From Octopus sinensis (lineage: Eukaryota), in contig NC_042998.1 in the NCBI RefSeq assembly GCF_006345805.1, positions 99,696,001 through 99,760,000 on the forward strand: DNA of 64,000 bases. The letters run 5' to 3'. The notes under the pieces were generated by a model. It did no database searches. It saw only the letters and a program-made list of their open reading frames with translations, and had not been told where the DNA came from. The first letter of the stretch is position 1; every line of letters starts with the position of its first letter. The translations under genes were made by a program, and so were the position numbers. This document shows positions 11,954 through 23,220 of the stretch, in pieces.

Positions 11954-12926
11954 TTAAGTTTTATTTCTGGTGAAATTTTGCCCATCTAATTGAATTTTGG
12001 TCTGAAACCAATTTATTTCTACCAACACAAAGTTTCGGTTTTGTCTGGTATAATTTACTTTTGTAGAGTAGATTTTCTTCTGTTTTACCATTTTCTTTGA
12101 CCGGCATTTTGTCTGTATATGTCCAATTTTACCACACTTAAAACAGGTTTTATATTTCCTCAAATGTCGATCTCCGCAACCATAGCACCGTTTTGAATTT
12201 AAATTTTTCCTTCCTTCTGTACTTTCTTTACACATTTGTACGTTATTAACTTTTCTCTTCTATCTTTCTTGTATCATCTCGAAGGTTTATTATTTGTTGG
12301 CATTCCTCAGCCACATTCTGCAAAGGGAGCTTTGCATCTTGATTCAACTTTGATAACATTCCTTTTCTAATTTCCGCGTCTTCCGTTTTCACTAGCCCTT
12401 TAACGAATATTAGGTACTTGAACATATCTGGCGTTAATTCTTCCAACTTAAACCTTTATCAAGCCTAATTAACCACACCAGCATATGTTACAAAATCATC
12501 GGACACGTTTTTCTTTAGATTTAAACTTTCCCATCGAATGTTAAACTGTAAACTTTTCTCGCTAAAAATATTAGTCAAAATATTTATCGTTTCATCAATA
12601 CACAATTCCGCGGGCTTTCTCGACAAAATAAAATTACAAAATCTTTTGTGTTCCGGAGTAGCAAGCTTTCGCAAAAGAAGCCTTACCTTCCTTTCACTAG
12701 TCCATCCTTTACATTCCTCTCAGAATATGTCTTCGTATCGTCTGTAATATGCAGCAAAAGTAGTTCCTCCATCCGGATTGAAGTGAAATTCTTCGATGGA
12801 ATTTGCAACACCGTCTGCTGAAAATGAGTCGGTCGTATTTCTCGACTGCAGTAACAATTCTATTAACATCTGTAGTTGCTGCTGCTGCTCTTGTTGCTTT
12901 ACAACTGCTTTCAGTAACTCTTTCAT
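11954..12926 (-). pseudogene. gag: Gypsy gag (Q-rich N-terminus, two CCHC knuckles) and protease remnant
   Basis: MKELLKAVVKQQEQQQQ...TFAAYYRRYEDIF; ELTPDMFKYLIFVKGL; CYGCG and CFKCGKIGHIQTKC. Confidence 0.9.
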
Positions 12927-12943
12927 TTCGGTACTATTCGAAA

Positions 12944-13010
12944 CCTCGTCGTCACTGTTATATCGCAATACTACACAGTGGCTGTGTGAGCTACGAAACC
13001 CTCGTCACCA
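12944..13010 (-). promoter_or_regulatory. Two primer-binding sites (tRNA-Ser(GCU)-like) within a 56-bp tandem duplication
   Basis: Minus strand reads TAACA-G-TGGTGACGAGG (13000-13010) and TAACA-G-TGACGACGAGG (12944-12954). Each is one mismatch from TGGCGACGAGG, the complement of the tRNA-Ser(GCU) 3' end CCUCGUCGCCA. Confidence 0.75.
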
Positions 13011-13362
13011 CTGTTATATCGCAATACTACACAGTGGCTGTGTTAGCTACGAAACCCTGTAATGGGTAGAACTGTTTACAAGTCCGACTTTGTGCGGACG
13101 TCCAAGTACATAGTTCTGCAAATTATATTCACTTGGACGGTCACACCGAAGATCTACGGACATCTTGCGTAAGTTGAATTACGCAATATCGTGAAAATGA
13201 AACACGTATGTGAACAATCCATATTTTTATTGCTTTTCTTTTGTCTTGTTCGATTACGTTTTGGTTATTTTGCTGAATTTATTTCTTGAGAACATTTCTT
13301 AGTGGTAAACCATAGCGGCTTTACTTCTAGCATAAGGGCACCCACATAGTGGTTTCCCTCTC

Positions 13363-13393
<31 letters not shown>

Positions 13394-13760
13394 ATATATA
13401 TAGATATATATATAAATATATATAAATACATATATCATACATATACATACACACACACACCACACACACTATAATATATACATACATACATACATATATA
13501 TATATAACTTATATATACATACCTTATATATATACATATACATAAATAAATAAACTTAAAGACTTCATTCATACATTTCTATACATACATACTTTTTGAA
13601 TGCCCATTACTCCAATATTCTAGTATTTATAAATTCTAGTATTTATATATATACAGTTTACGTATATATGCATATATATTCATGTATATGTGTATGCATA
13701 TACATATATATGTATATATACATAATTATATAAATATATATATATTATATTATATATATA

Positions 13761-13795
<35 letters not shown>

Positions 13796-13869
13796 ACATA
13801 TATATGTATATGCATACACATATACATGAATATATATGCATATATACGTAAACTGTATATATATAAATA

Positions 13870-14588
13870 CTAGCTGGTGTACCCGGTAATTCTCGGGGAT
13901 AAAAATGTAACACTGAATTGCCTTATTACCCTGATATAAGAACGCAATTTCGTTATAACTGCCACAGAAGGTGTATTTTATGTCACGAAAAAGTACAAAA
14001 AACTGTCAGCTGGAAGAGGGAGAGATTGTTGGAGGTTGGCGAGTGAGGTTTTTGGAGGTTGGCAAGAAAGATTGTCGGAGGTTGGTGAGAGAGGTTGTCG
14101 GAGGTTGCCGAAAGGCAAAGACATTATTCTGCTTAGCGAAGGCATCTGGGAAATGCACAAATGCTCTCATTCACAAAAAAGTATTGTTTTAACGCGGAAA
14201 AGCGCTGTTGAAGTGTCAAGTGAAATTTGGCAATCGAGAACCGAATCCACGGTACGCCTGCATGAAACTACTACAAATACGTTGTAGAAAAAAAATTATC
14301 GACTGTCGTGGAAAAAGTGTAGCTGTAAAAATGCAGAATTATTGGAGTAATGGGCATTCAAAAAAGTATGTATGTATAGAAATGTATGAATGAAGTCTTT
14401 AAGGTTTAAGATTCAAAAGAAGGAAGTGCAATAATAATGTTTAGCAATTCAAAACTGTGAGTAGTGGAATGCAGAATTAGGTCGGCTAATCGTGAGAATC
14501 AAATATTGATCGCTTCGCTAAATCCTGCGGGTGGTATGGGTTATTTCCCTTAGGTTGTTTAAATAAAATATTAGTAATATGTAGTAGA
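13870..14588 (-). mobile_element. Non-autonomous Helitron (~719 bp)
   Basis: Minus strand begins A|TC(TACTA) and ends with hairpin cccg...cggg ~9 nt before CTAG|T; inserted at an AT dinucleotide with no TSD; internal GGAGGTTG repeats. Confidence 0.8.
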
Positions 14589-14616
14589 TAGGAGGATCCA
14601 TTGGATGGGCCCCATT

Positions 14617-14666
<50 letters not shown>

Positions 14667-14667
<1 letters not shown>

Positions 14668-14818
14668 TGGGTTGGTGCATAATATTTGCGGCTTTTTTGA
14701 ACAAATTTTATTCAACAAAAACAATAACATTTAACAAAAACATCTTTAAATGATTATTCCGGAGCATATTCTCCATGTACTTCAACTACTGCTTCCCGTT
14801 TGCTTGGCAGACAGTCAG
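14667..14818 (-). mobile_element. mariner right end (TIR + transposase C-terminus)
   Basis: TA-ttgggttggtgcataatatttgcgg TIR in a TA tract; minus frame ...SKREAVVEVHGEYAPE*; second copy at 60160-60300. Confidence 0.8.
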
Positions 14819-14840
14819 GCACACACACACAGACGCACGC

Positions 14841-14876
<36 letters not shown>

Positions 14877-14899
14877 CACACACACACACACACAAATGA

Positions 14900-15603
14900 T
14901 TTGATTTGATCTAGTTACAGTTCATGAGGTGTGGCCATGCCGGAGCACCGCCATTTGGTGTTGCTACATAATATTACTTCACGAATTCTTTTTAGAAATT
15001 GGCATTTGGTGTATGAGGGAGTTTGATGCTGCTGCCCTCATCTGCACTTCCTGCTGTGAAGTTGGTTTATCTGGGACACTTGACAGTAAGAGGTCGAGTT
15101 TCGTTTTGAAACACCTACATCCACCCTATGCAGGTTTCTCAGGTCCTTCGAGAGGATATTCAAGAGCAGTGGTCCCCTAAAGCTCAGGCTGTTGCAGTGT
15201 CTTGTCCTAAATCTTGATGGCAAATTTGGAGTCTTTGGCACTATGCAGTGACGACCTGTTCTAGCGTAAGTGTAACTCTCAATGTCAAAGTTTGGGACAA
15301 GTCCCTCCAGAATCTTCCAGATATATATTAGTGCATATATTTACCGCCTACGCTTCAGGGAATAGAGTCTCAGTCTCTTGGGCCTTTCCCAGTAGCTTAT
15401 ATGCTGCATAGAGGCTATCTTTTTCGTGTTGCTTCGTTGGATTGTCTGAAGTTCTGCAATTAATTTTACACTGGTTGGTGACCATAGCCGGGAGCAATAG
15501 TCATAGCGGCTTAGGACAAATGTCCTCTAGAGGGCCATCATAGTTTCCTGATCTCTCGTTTTAAAAGTTCTAAGTGTCCATCCGCTCAGCCGCCTGCGTT
15601 TCA
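14900..15603 (-). mobile_element. CR1/L2-superfamily LINE 3' fragment
   Basis: LYSLKRRR.IYALIYIWKILEGLVPNF...NSLSFRGPLLLNILSKDLRNL; the 3'UTR ends in a tail shared with SINE family A. Confidence 0.85.
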
Positions 15604-16224
15604 TATATATATATAGGAGCGTAGGCTCGAAATGTCAAAGAGGCAGCCTTCCATGTGCATGTTGCTACGTTGGCAGTGAAACGCAGGCGGCTGAGCGGAT
15701 GGACTCTTAGAACTTTTAAAACGAGAGATCAGGTATTACAACACACCCACGTCATATATAACGCATATACACACAGACTCATACACATATATACAGTACA
15801 CACGACAAGGAAGAACTTTACGTTTAATCATTATTTTTAAAACAAGTGTTTTATTTCATTTAAGGAGTTTTCGAAATTTTTGATTAGTTTTTACCGTTTA
15901 TTTTGAACATTTCTAAGGACTTTATGGTCTCATCTTTTGGATGGAGTTATTAAATTTAAAGTTGGTGTTGATATTTGTTACTGCTGTTTAATAACAGCAG
16001 AAATCATGCGATTGATGTTGTGTTAATGATGTTATTATCAGCGGGTTTGAAGTAACGGCGATAATGATACGTTTAATACAACACCATGCCTATGAAGAAC
16101 TAGAAAGGTCAACGAATCTAGGAATGCTAATGTTCAAAAGAAAATGTAAAGAGTAAGAAAGAAAACACATCTATAAATTAAATAAGATAAAACTACAACA
16201 CAGTCGTGTTCTTAATGAAGCAGA

Positions 16225-16227
16225 GTA

Positions 16228-16261
<34 letters not shown>

Positions 16262-16286
16262 GGAGAGCGATAAAGAAGGAAAGCAA

Positions 16287-16326
<40 letters not shown>

Positions 16327-16437
16327 AAGAGAAAGAGCGGGGAGAGAGATATACTGATAGATATATATTTTTAAAAGTAGTGTTAGAATGTATATGTTGC
16401 GGGTGAAAAAGATCGTGAGTTTGCTTCAAAAAGGGGA

Positions 16438-16487
<50 letters not shown>

Positions 16488-16540
16488 GGAAAGAGAGAAA
16501 ACGAAGGAAGAAGGAAAGAGGAGAGGGAAACAGAGGAGGG
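16225..16540. repeat. (GA)n-rich tracts
   Basis: Read directly from sequence. Confidence 0.9.
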
Positions 16541-17525
16541 ATGAAAGAGATTATGAAGCGAAGTTCTGGTATTGATATTTAAAACGTGTCGATGTCAAAC
16601 ACCACCGAGATGATGTAATGTAATTGGCAATTATTATCAATTGAAAACACGACATCCCCACCTTCCAATTGTAAATGTTGAATTAGAAGATAGTTCAAGA
16701 ACAACAACACACTAGCAACAACAACGTTAAAAACAACAACAACAACAACAACCATCGTAACAACAGCAACAACAACTTTAAATACAAATCTGAAAGGTTA
16801 CTATTAAATCGAACTAAATACTCGATATACAAAGACGCTGTAATGCAATTACATTTGTACTGGTGGTGAACATTGTTGATCGATATCGGGGTTGATATAT
16901 CTCACGATAAACATCGGGATAGTAATTGCTATGATTTGCGATGCATTGTAATATCTACAGTAGATATTTGTGATAAATAATTTCGTAGATTTGAAAACAG
17001 ACAATGGAATGTGGAGAGCTCATTATCTCGAGTGCTAAAGCTGATTACAAACTAATGTTAAAGTCATTAAATCTGAAGTATCCAGCGCAAGGCTAAATTA
17101 CAAAACAAAATGCGGGAGGTATGATGTGCTCTTCTGTATTATGAAGACTACTTGCTAGTATTATTGTTGTTGTGCGTTGTTCTATTATTTATTGGTGTTA
17201 TTATTGCTGCTGCTTCTGCTGCTTCTGCTGTTTCTGCATCAAACAAGATGGCGGTTGCGGTCGCAAAATACGAGTTTTATTGTATAGGAAAAGATATCTG
17301 ATGCTGTTCAAGATTTGCTTAAAAGTTGCATGTGTGAATGTGTATGTATATGTAAAGTGTAGATTTATATTTCTGCGTATGCTTGTGTCTATATGTGTTT
17401 GTGCTGGCATGTGTTTGCGCATAGATGCCTTTGCGAGTGTATATGTCTCTACTAATTTGTAGTGAACGTGTGTTTGAGCGAGGAAAGTGTTTTTTCAGTG
17501 TGCATGTGAGTGTATGTGTGTGTGC

Positions 17526-17601
<76 letters not shown>

Positions 17602-17613
17602 GTGTTGGTGTTT

Positions 17614-17666
<53 letters not shown>

Positions 17667-18283
17667 TGTGTGTAAGATACGAGAATATCAGTTACAGCTG
17701 GCGGAAGTTAATTCAGTATTAGGATGCAGCTCAATTTTAAAGTCAGTGACCACTTCTCGTATCAGTTTACTGAATAGATATAGTAAATACTGTAAATCAG
17801 CAATTCTCAATCCTTTTGGCTTCGTGGCGCACAGGAGATCAAATTAAATGATTTTGACACATTTTGTGAGAAAATTTAAGAATTATGGAACGTTTCACGT
17901 AGGAAGATAAACAATATTGGCGCACTTGGCGTGGAAAGGTTGAAGAAAATATGTATCAGTGTTTAAAATTTAGAAAAAATAAAGAACCATATTAACTTGC
18001 TTTAATAATCATAAATATAATATAACCAGATATGTGTATAACAAAATTATGAATATATACATGTATATAAAATAATTATGAATACATAAATGTATATAGC
18101 AAAAATTTTAACTAAGATGTTTTTCAAGCTGCTCAAGTATTAGCATGAATTATCTGAAACTTTAAATTGCATCTATACAATACATACATACATACATACA
18201 TACATACTACATACACACATACATAATACATAATACACACACACACATACATACATACATACATACATACATACATACATACA

Positions 18284-18318
<35 letters not shown>

Positions 18319-18479
18319 TATATTATATATATATATATATATATATTATATATTATATATATAATATATAGTAATATAATATATATAGGATATATATAAT
18401 TTAAAAATTGCAGTTCACCGGAAAACGAAAACTTTAATAGCGGCATCGTTTGAAAACTACTGTTGTAGATTAAGACAAG

Positions 18480-19530
18480 GTCATATTAGGAATATGAGGT
18501 GGTGAAGGAGTCGGGTGTAAGAAGGCAAAGGAATGGTAACATTCGTGCATATGTAGTTGTTTCTCCAGACAAGACAGATTGATGCAGCTAATATTCGGTT
18601 TCAACCTCAACATGTCAGCGCCCGTAGAAAGATAAGGAGTCTCTAAACTCGTGTGGAGCCTTTGTCTAATGTATGTGGTTTTCATTCAAATTATTGGGAA
18701 ATTAGCGAACGTTTGGTGCCTCCATCTACGTATGGAGCCTCTCGTCAACCTATGGGGTCTTTAGTCAATGCGAACGTTTTGAGCTAAAGAGGCTGCTTGA
18801 ACTGCAAGAAGCAAACCTTCTATGTCGTCGTTTACCTGTTGGAAGTAACAACCAAATCTCTATAAAATAATAGCTTATTGTCTTAAAAATAAAGGACATA
18901 GTAATCCTAGGTAAACTATGCTTGAAAAAATACAAGTACTTCTTTGGCCGAAATTTTGTCTAATCAGAGTTGACCTAGTTGGGGCTAAAGAATAACATAG
19001 AGAGGACTGGTTGTGCAAAATGCTCAATGCACTAAAATAAAGGACTGATTGGAGTGAGGTTTTCATTAGCCACATGTTTCTTTGATCAAGCAGATCAATG
19101 ATCGAAGGGGTTCCAGCTAATTCGATCCTGGCTTTTCATATATTTAGGAAAACATTGTCGTATGTGCCCTTTTTTTTTAAAGTGTTGGAGATGTAATTTG
19201 AGGAATATTTGGCTCCTAGTAGTGTGATTGGAAAGAGGTTTCCTCGTTGGCTTATGGGGATACAGGTAAAACGCAGTTGGATTATGACAAGTAGTGAGGT
19301 GAAAGGATCAGTTAGGCTCGTGTGAAGAGTTCAGATAAAGGTCCCAAGTTAAAATGAACAGGAATCTTTGTAGTGCCTGCAATTGATATATGATGGTGAG
19401 ATTTTGCCAAACAGCTGAATAGCTTTTTATATGCGATCGAAAATGTTTTTGTAGTTCTGTGTATTGCAGTAAAATTATCCCCACGTACATGAGCAACACT
19501 ATAATGTAGGTTGCAGAAAGATGTGTACAA
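18480..19530 (-). mobile_element. Highly decayed L2/Jockey-like LINE 3' region, interrupted by a family C repeat
   Basis: Remnants resemble 'YCSHVWG..LDRIQKKAI' (19420-19500) and the terminal 'LKPNISCINL'; related piece at 35760-36010. Confidence 0.4.
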
Positions 19531-19546
19531 TGAATTTATTAAATTA

Positions 19547-19826
19547 AGAGGTAATATTTATTCCTACTTAAACGTGGATGTTCTGTTAGAACAAACTTTA
19601 CTTAGAACAAACTTTATTTAGAAAAAACTTTACTATTTACCACGAGAGTAACTCTCATAGGTTTTTGGTCTAGAATGCATGCTTGTTTTCCCCCGCTCGC
19701 GATATAAACAAACAAGCGTGTATTCTACACCAAAAGTATATATGAGAGTTCCCTTCATGATAAATACCGAAGTAAAGATTGTTCAAGCGGAACACCCACG
19801 TTTAAGTGGGAATAAATATTACCTCT
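19547..19826. repeat. ~280-bp imperfect palindrome (fold-back/MITE-like)
   Basis: Outer arms agaggtaatatttattcc.acttaaacgtgg..., inner arms aactctcata...tttggt.tagaat.ca.gcttgttt, ~20-nt loop. Confidence 0.85.
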
Positions 19827-20112
19827 CGGTATTAATATTGCCTCTGCCACCAACATATATTTTTTATATTTGATTGACACTCAGAGAAAGTTTAAGATGG
19901 AAAAAAAAGTGCAGGCTTTTCGTCAGGAGGAGGGAAAAGGAAAAGCACGTGTGACGTTGCAGAAATATACGATAAAGAAAGTTTAATAACTGGCGTATAT
20001 TATATACTTCCTTCCATATCAAAATCGATGGAAGTTTCAATCAGTTCACAGTCACCATACAACTCACGGTTTAACAATGAAAATTGTTAAACATACGAAT
20101 AAAAATTTTAAA

Positions 20113-20736
20113 AATGTAAGGAGTGGAAAAGATAAATAAAGACTACATATGTTCCATAGCTAAACTTCATGTGTTGCATAACTCGTAATTCGTTCAGAAG
20201 CCATTTAGCTAATCCTCAAGTTCAATTACCTTCGAGTTGTTCACGTCGTCTCAGGGAGAAGAGTTATTTTTTTTATCTTCACAATAATTTCATCCGTTGT
20301 CTTTGTTCTGAATATTACTGAAAATTGCTTACCTTAGTTGTCACGCCTAATCGCGTAGTTTTTACTGCGTTAAGATTGTATTGCGTCGCCTTGAAACTCC
20401 TCTCATCCTTGTCCTCTTTTGTCCTTCCCACCTCCCCTTCATCCTACCCCAGGTTGCTTCACTCTCGGTTAATTGCCATCTGTAAACACTCCACCCTTTT
20501 TTTCCTGTTAGGACTGCTTGCCTGCTGATAATTATCCTCATTGATAATTTCGCTTAGCTTTTTCAGCCTACCGTTTTACTGTGGCTTAATTAGCAAATCA
20601 TTCACTCTTCTCCATGCAACGACATAAACAGCTTGAGGATTAGAGAAACGATTTTTGTATGCGTTACGAGTTATGTAACTCATAAAATTTAACTATGAAA
20701 CATTTGTCTTCGTTTACCTTTTCCATTCCTTACATT
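20113..20736. mobile_element. Element with ~105-bp inverted arms (Penelope pLTR-like)
   Basis: 20113-20220 is a diverged reverse complement of 20632-20736; the right arm has a hammerhead-like remnant cttgaggattagagaaacg. Confidence 0.55.
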
Positions 20737-20754
20737 CATTGATATGTATATATC

Positions 20755-21165
20755 TACTCTTTTACTCTTTTACTTGTTTCAGTCATTTGACTGCGGCCAT
20801 GCTGGAGCACCGCCTTTAGTCGAGCAAATCGGGACTTAATCTTTGTAAGCCCAGTACTTATTCTATCGGTATCTTTTACCGAACCGTTAAGTGACGGGGA
20901 CATAAACACACCAGCATCGGTTGTCAAGCAATGCTAGGGGGACAAACACAGACACACAAACATATACACACACATACATATATATATATATACATATATA
21001 CGACATGCTTCTTTCAGTTTCTGTCTACCAAATCCACTCACAAGGCATTGGTCGGCCCGGGTCTATAGCAGAAGACACTTGCCCAAGATGCCACGCAGTG
21101 GGACTGAACCCGGAACCATGTGGTTGGTAAGCAAGCTACTTACCACACAGCCACTCCTGCGCCTA
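20755..21165 (-). mobile_element. SINE family A (tRNA head, CORE-like segment, internal TA/TG microsatellite, LINE-derived tail)
   Basis: Full consensus pattern; A box gtggctgtgtggtaag, B box ggttcagtccc, tail ggcggtgctccagcatggccgcagtc...(gtaaaaga)n. Confidence 0.92.
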
Positions 21166-21832
21166 TATATACATACATGTATGCATACATACATACATTC
21201 ATAGTACCCCCACCACACACACATTATTCAGCCTAAGTTCAGTCTTGATCGAGCAAACCTATGATCAAATGTGTTTATCCCCTACCTAAGACTACATTAT
21301 TCAATATAACTTCCCTCTTTTAAGATAGTAAGTGGGATTTGACAGCTATTTCGTGCCTGTAGTGTGGCCACACAATCTTATGATCGCTAAAATCAGAGAA
21401 GAAATCATTTTTTCCCCTGGAAAAGAAATCTAGTCTTCGTGGTGCTGATTCGGCAAGATTATATATGTGAAGTTTCTACAAAAGATAAGCATTTCAAGTG
21501 AATTTGAGTTTTGCGTTGTATTTTGTTTATGAGTGGGCGATATGTTGCAAATATCAGGGCTCATTAAACGTATATGTTACCATTTTACCTCACCGACCAA
21601 AATTAGTTTTGTGCTAGAGTAAAATTAATGAAGGTAATGGTGCATAGCAGAATAAATATGGCCCCGGACAAAATACCATGAGGTATTTAGTTACATCATT
21701 TTATGATCCGAGTTCAAATTCCGCTGAAGTTGCCTTTGTATTTCATTCCTTCAGCATCAATAAAATGAATAAAATAAGTGATTAGTGAAGGGCGAGTATC
21801 TGAACTGGAAGCCTGTGAAAAGAAAAAGTGAA

Positions 21833-21991
21833 CAGGCGTGACTGTGGGGTAAGAAGCTAGCTTTCTAACCATATGGTTCCAGGTTCAGTTTCACTGCATC
21901 TTAGCTATGACAAGTGTCTTCTGCTATAGCTTCGGACCGACCAATGCTTTGTGAGTGGATTTGGCAGACGGAAACGGGAAGAATCCAGTCG

Positions 21992-22047
<56 letters not shown>

Positions 22048-22300
22048 TGCGCGCGTGCGTGCATGTTTGTGCGTATGTGTGTGTACGTGTGTGTGTGTTT
22101 ATCCCCATTATCGCTTGACGACTGGTGTTGTGTTTACGTCACCGTAGCCTAGCGGTCCGGCAAAAGAGACCGATAGAATAAGTACCAAGCTTGACAAAAA
22201 ATAAATACTGGGGTCGATTCATCCTGTTAAAAATTCTTCAAGGCGGTGCACCAGCATGGCCGCAGTCTAATGACTGAATCAAGTAAAAGGTAACAGATAA
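21833..22300 (+). mobile_element. SINE family A
   Basis: Same consensus as 20755-21165, opposite strand. Confidence 0.9.
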
Positions 22301-22319
22301 AAAAACATAAATCCCTTAA

Positions 22320-23220
22320 TTGAGCCCTCCTGTTTCCAAGACATACAGAGTAGAAGACTCTGAGAAGGAAGAACAACAGTTACAGAAGTCTATTTTCCAT
22401 ACACTATTGTCAGAAAGAACAATGTAAAACTAAAAAAGGACTGGATTCTGTTGCAAAGAATAAAGAAGTAGGCGCAGGAATCAAGAGCATTTTCAACAGA
22501 ATCAAGAAAGAAAGGATGCTGGTGCCAACAATGCCAGTAATTTATACAAAATTGATAGAACTCTTCATAACTGAATTCTATGCAGAATCTTCATTTAGGA
22601 CCTTTTGTGGCCTGAATAATTTTAGATCTAGGAAAGGATTTTGCAAATCTGTTTCTTAAAATTATTGCAAATTTGTCAATCAGCTGTATGAATGTAGGTG
22701 ATCTCAGTAGGTCAACAAAACTACTGAGAAAATTTTCGCTTCGTTTAGTAAGGTTTGAGAGGGGTGGTAGTATTTACAAAAGGCCTGGCAGTTTAGTTGC
22801 AGGCGATCTACGTGGACCGGATTGTTGGTTGATTTTCCCGAAGTGCCTCCAATCGCGAAGGCTGTTACATCAGAATTAGGAATATACATCCAGAAATGAG
22901 AATACAAAATTTGTCGACTGCGCTTGTTGTCAAGAGGCAAGATGTGGAAGCAAATCTATTAAATAGCTTCTTCTAAAGCAGGAACGATACCCGAACAGAT
23001 GACTGGTCCTGAACAGATGTTTAGCATATTTTGCCAGTACTTTGCAGAATGTTTCGAGGGAAAGAAAGATATAGAACGGCAAAAGTGGACCTTCCTGCTT
23101 ATTTTAACTGTCTTGACTCGCAACAGTCGAAAAGAAGTAAGGTATGGGCCATGTTACTGCATCTATCGCATGGGAAGTTTTTTACAGCAGTCAAGGGGCC
23201 AAAATTAAATGTCAATCCTT
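22320..23220 (+). mobile_element. Decayed L1/Tx1-like LINE ORF2 fragment (endonuclease-RT linker)
   Basis: Purine-rich degenerate frame including TGPEQMFSIFCQYFAECF and VDLPAYFNCL, reminiscent of Tx1-type ORF2. Confidence 0.35.

Larger units (their letters stand above)
8699..13058 (-). mobile_element. Decayed Ty3/Gypsy LTR retrotransposon (Mag/K02A2.6-like)
   Basis: Domain order gag (CCHC)-protease remnant-RT-RNaseH-integrase, with PBS, PPT and a TG...CA-bounded 3' LTR candidate; multiple frameshifts and stops. Confidence 0.95.

Noticed and set aside
12939-13058. CRISPR-like repeat appearance (also 11791-11859 and 30046-30110)
   Set aside because: Contiguous tandem units without unique spacers, in a eukaryotic TE context with no cas genes.
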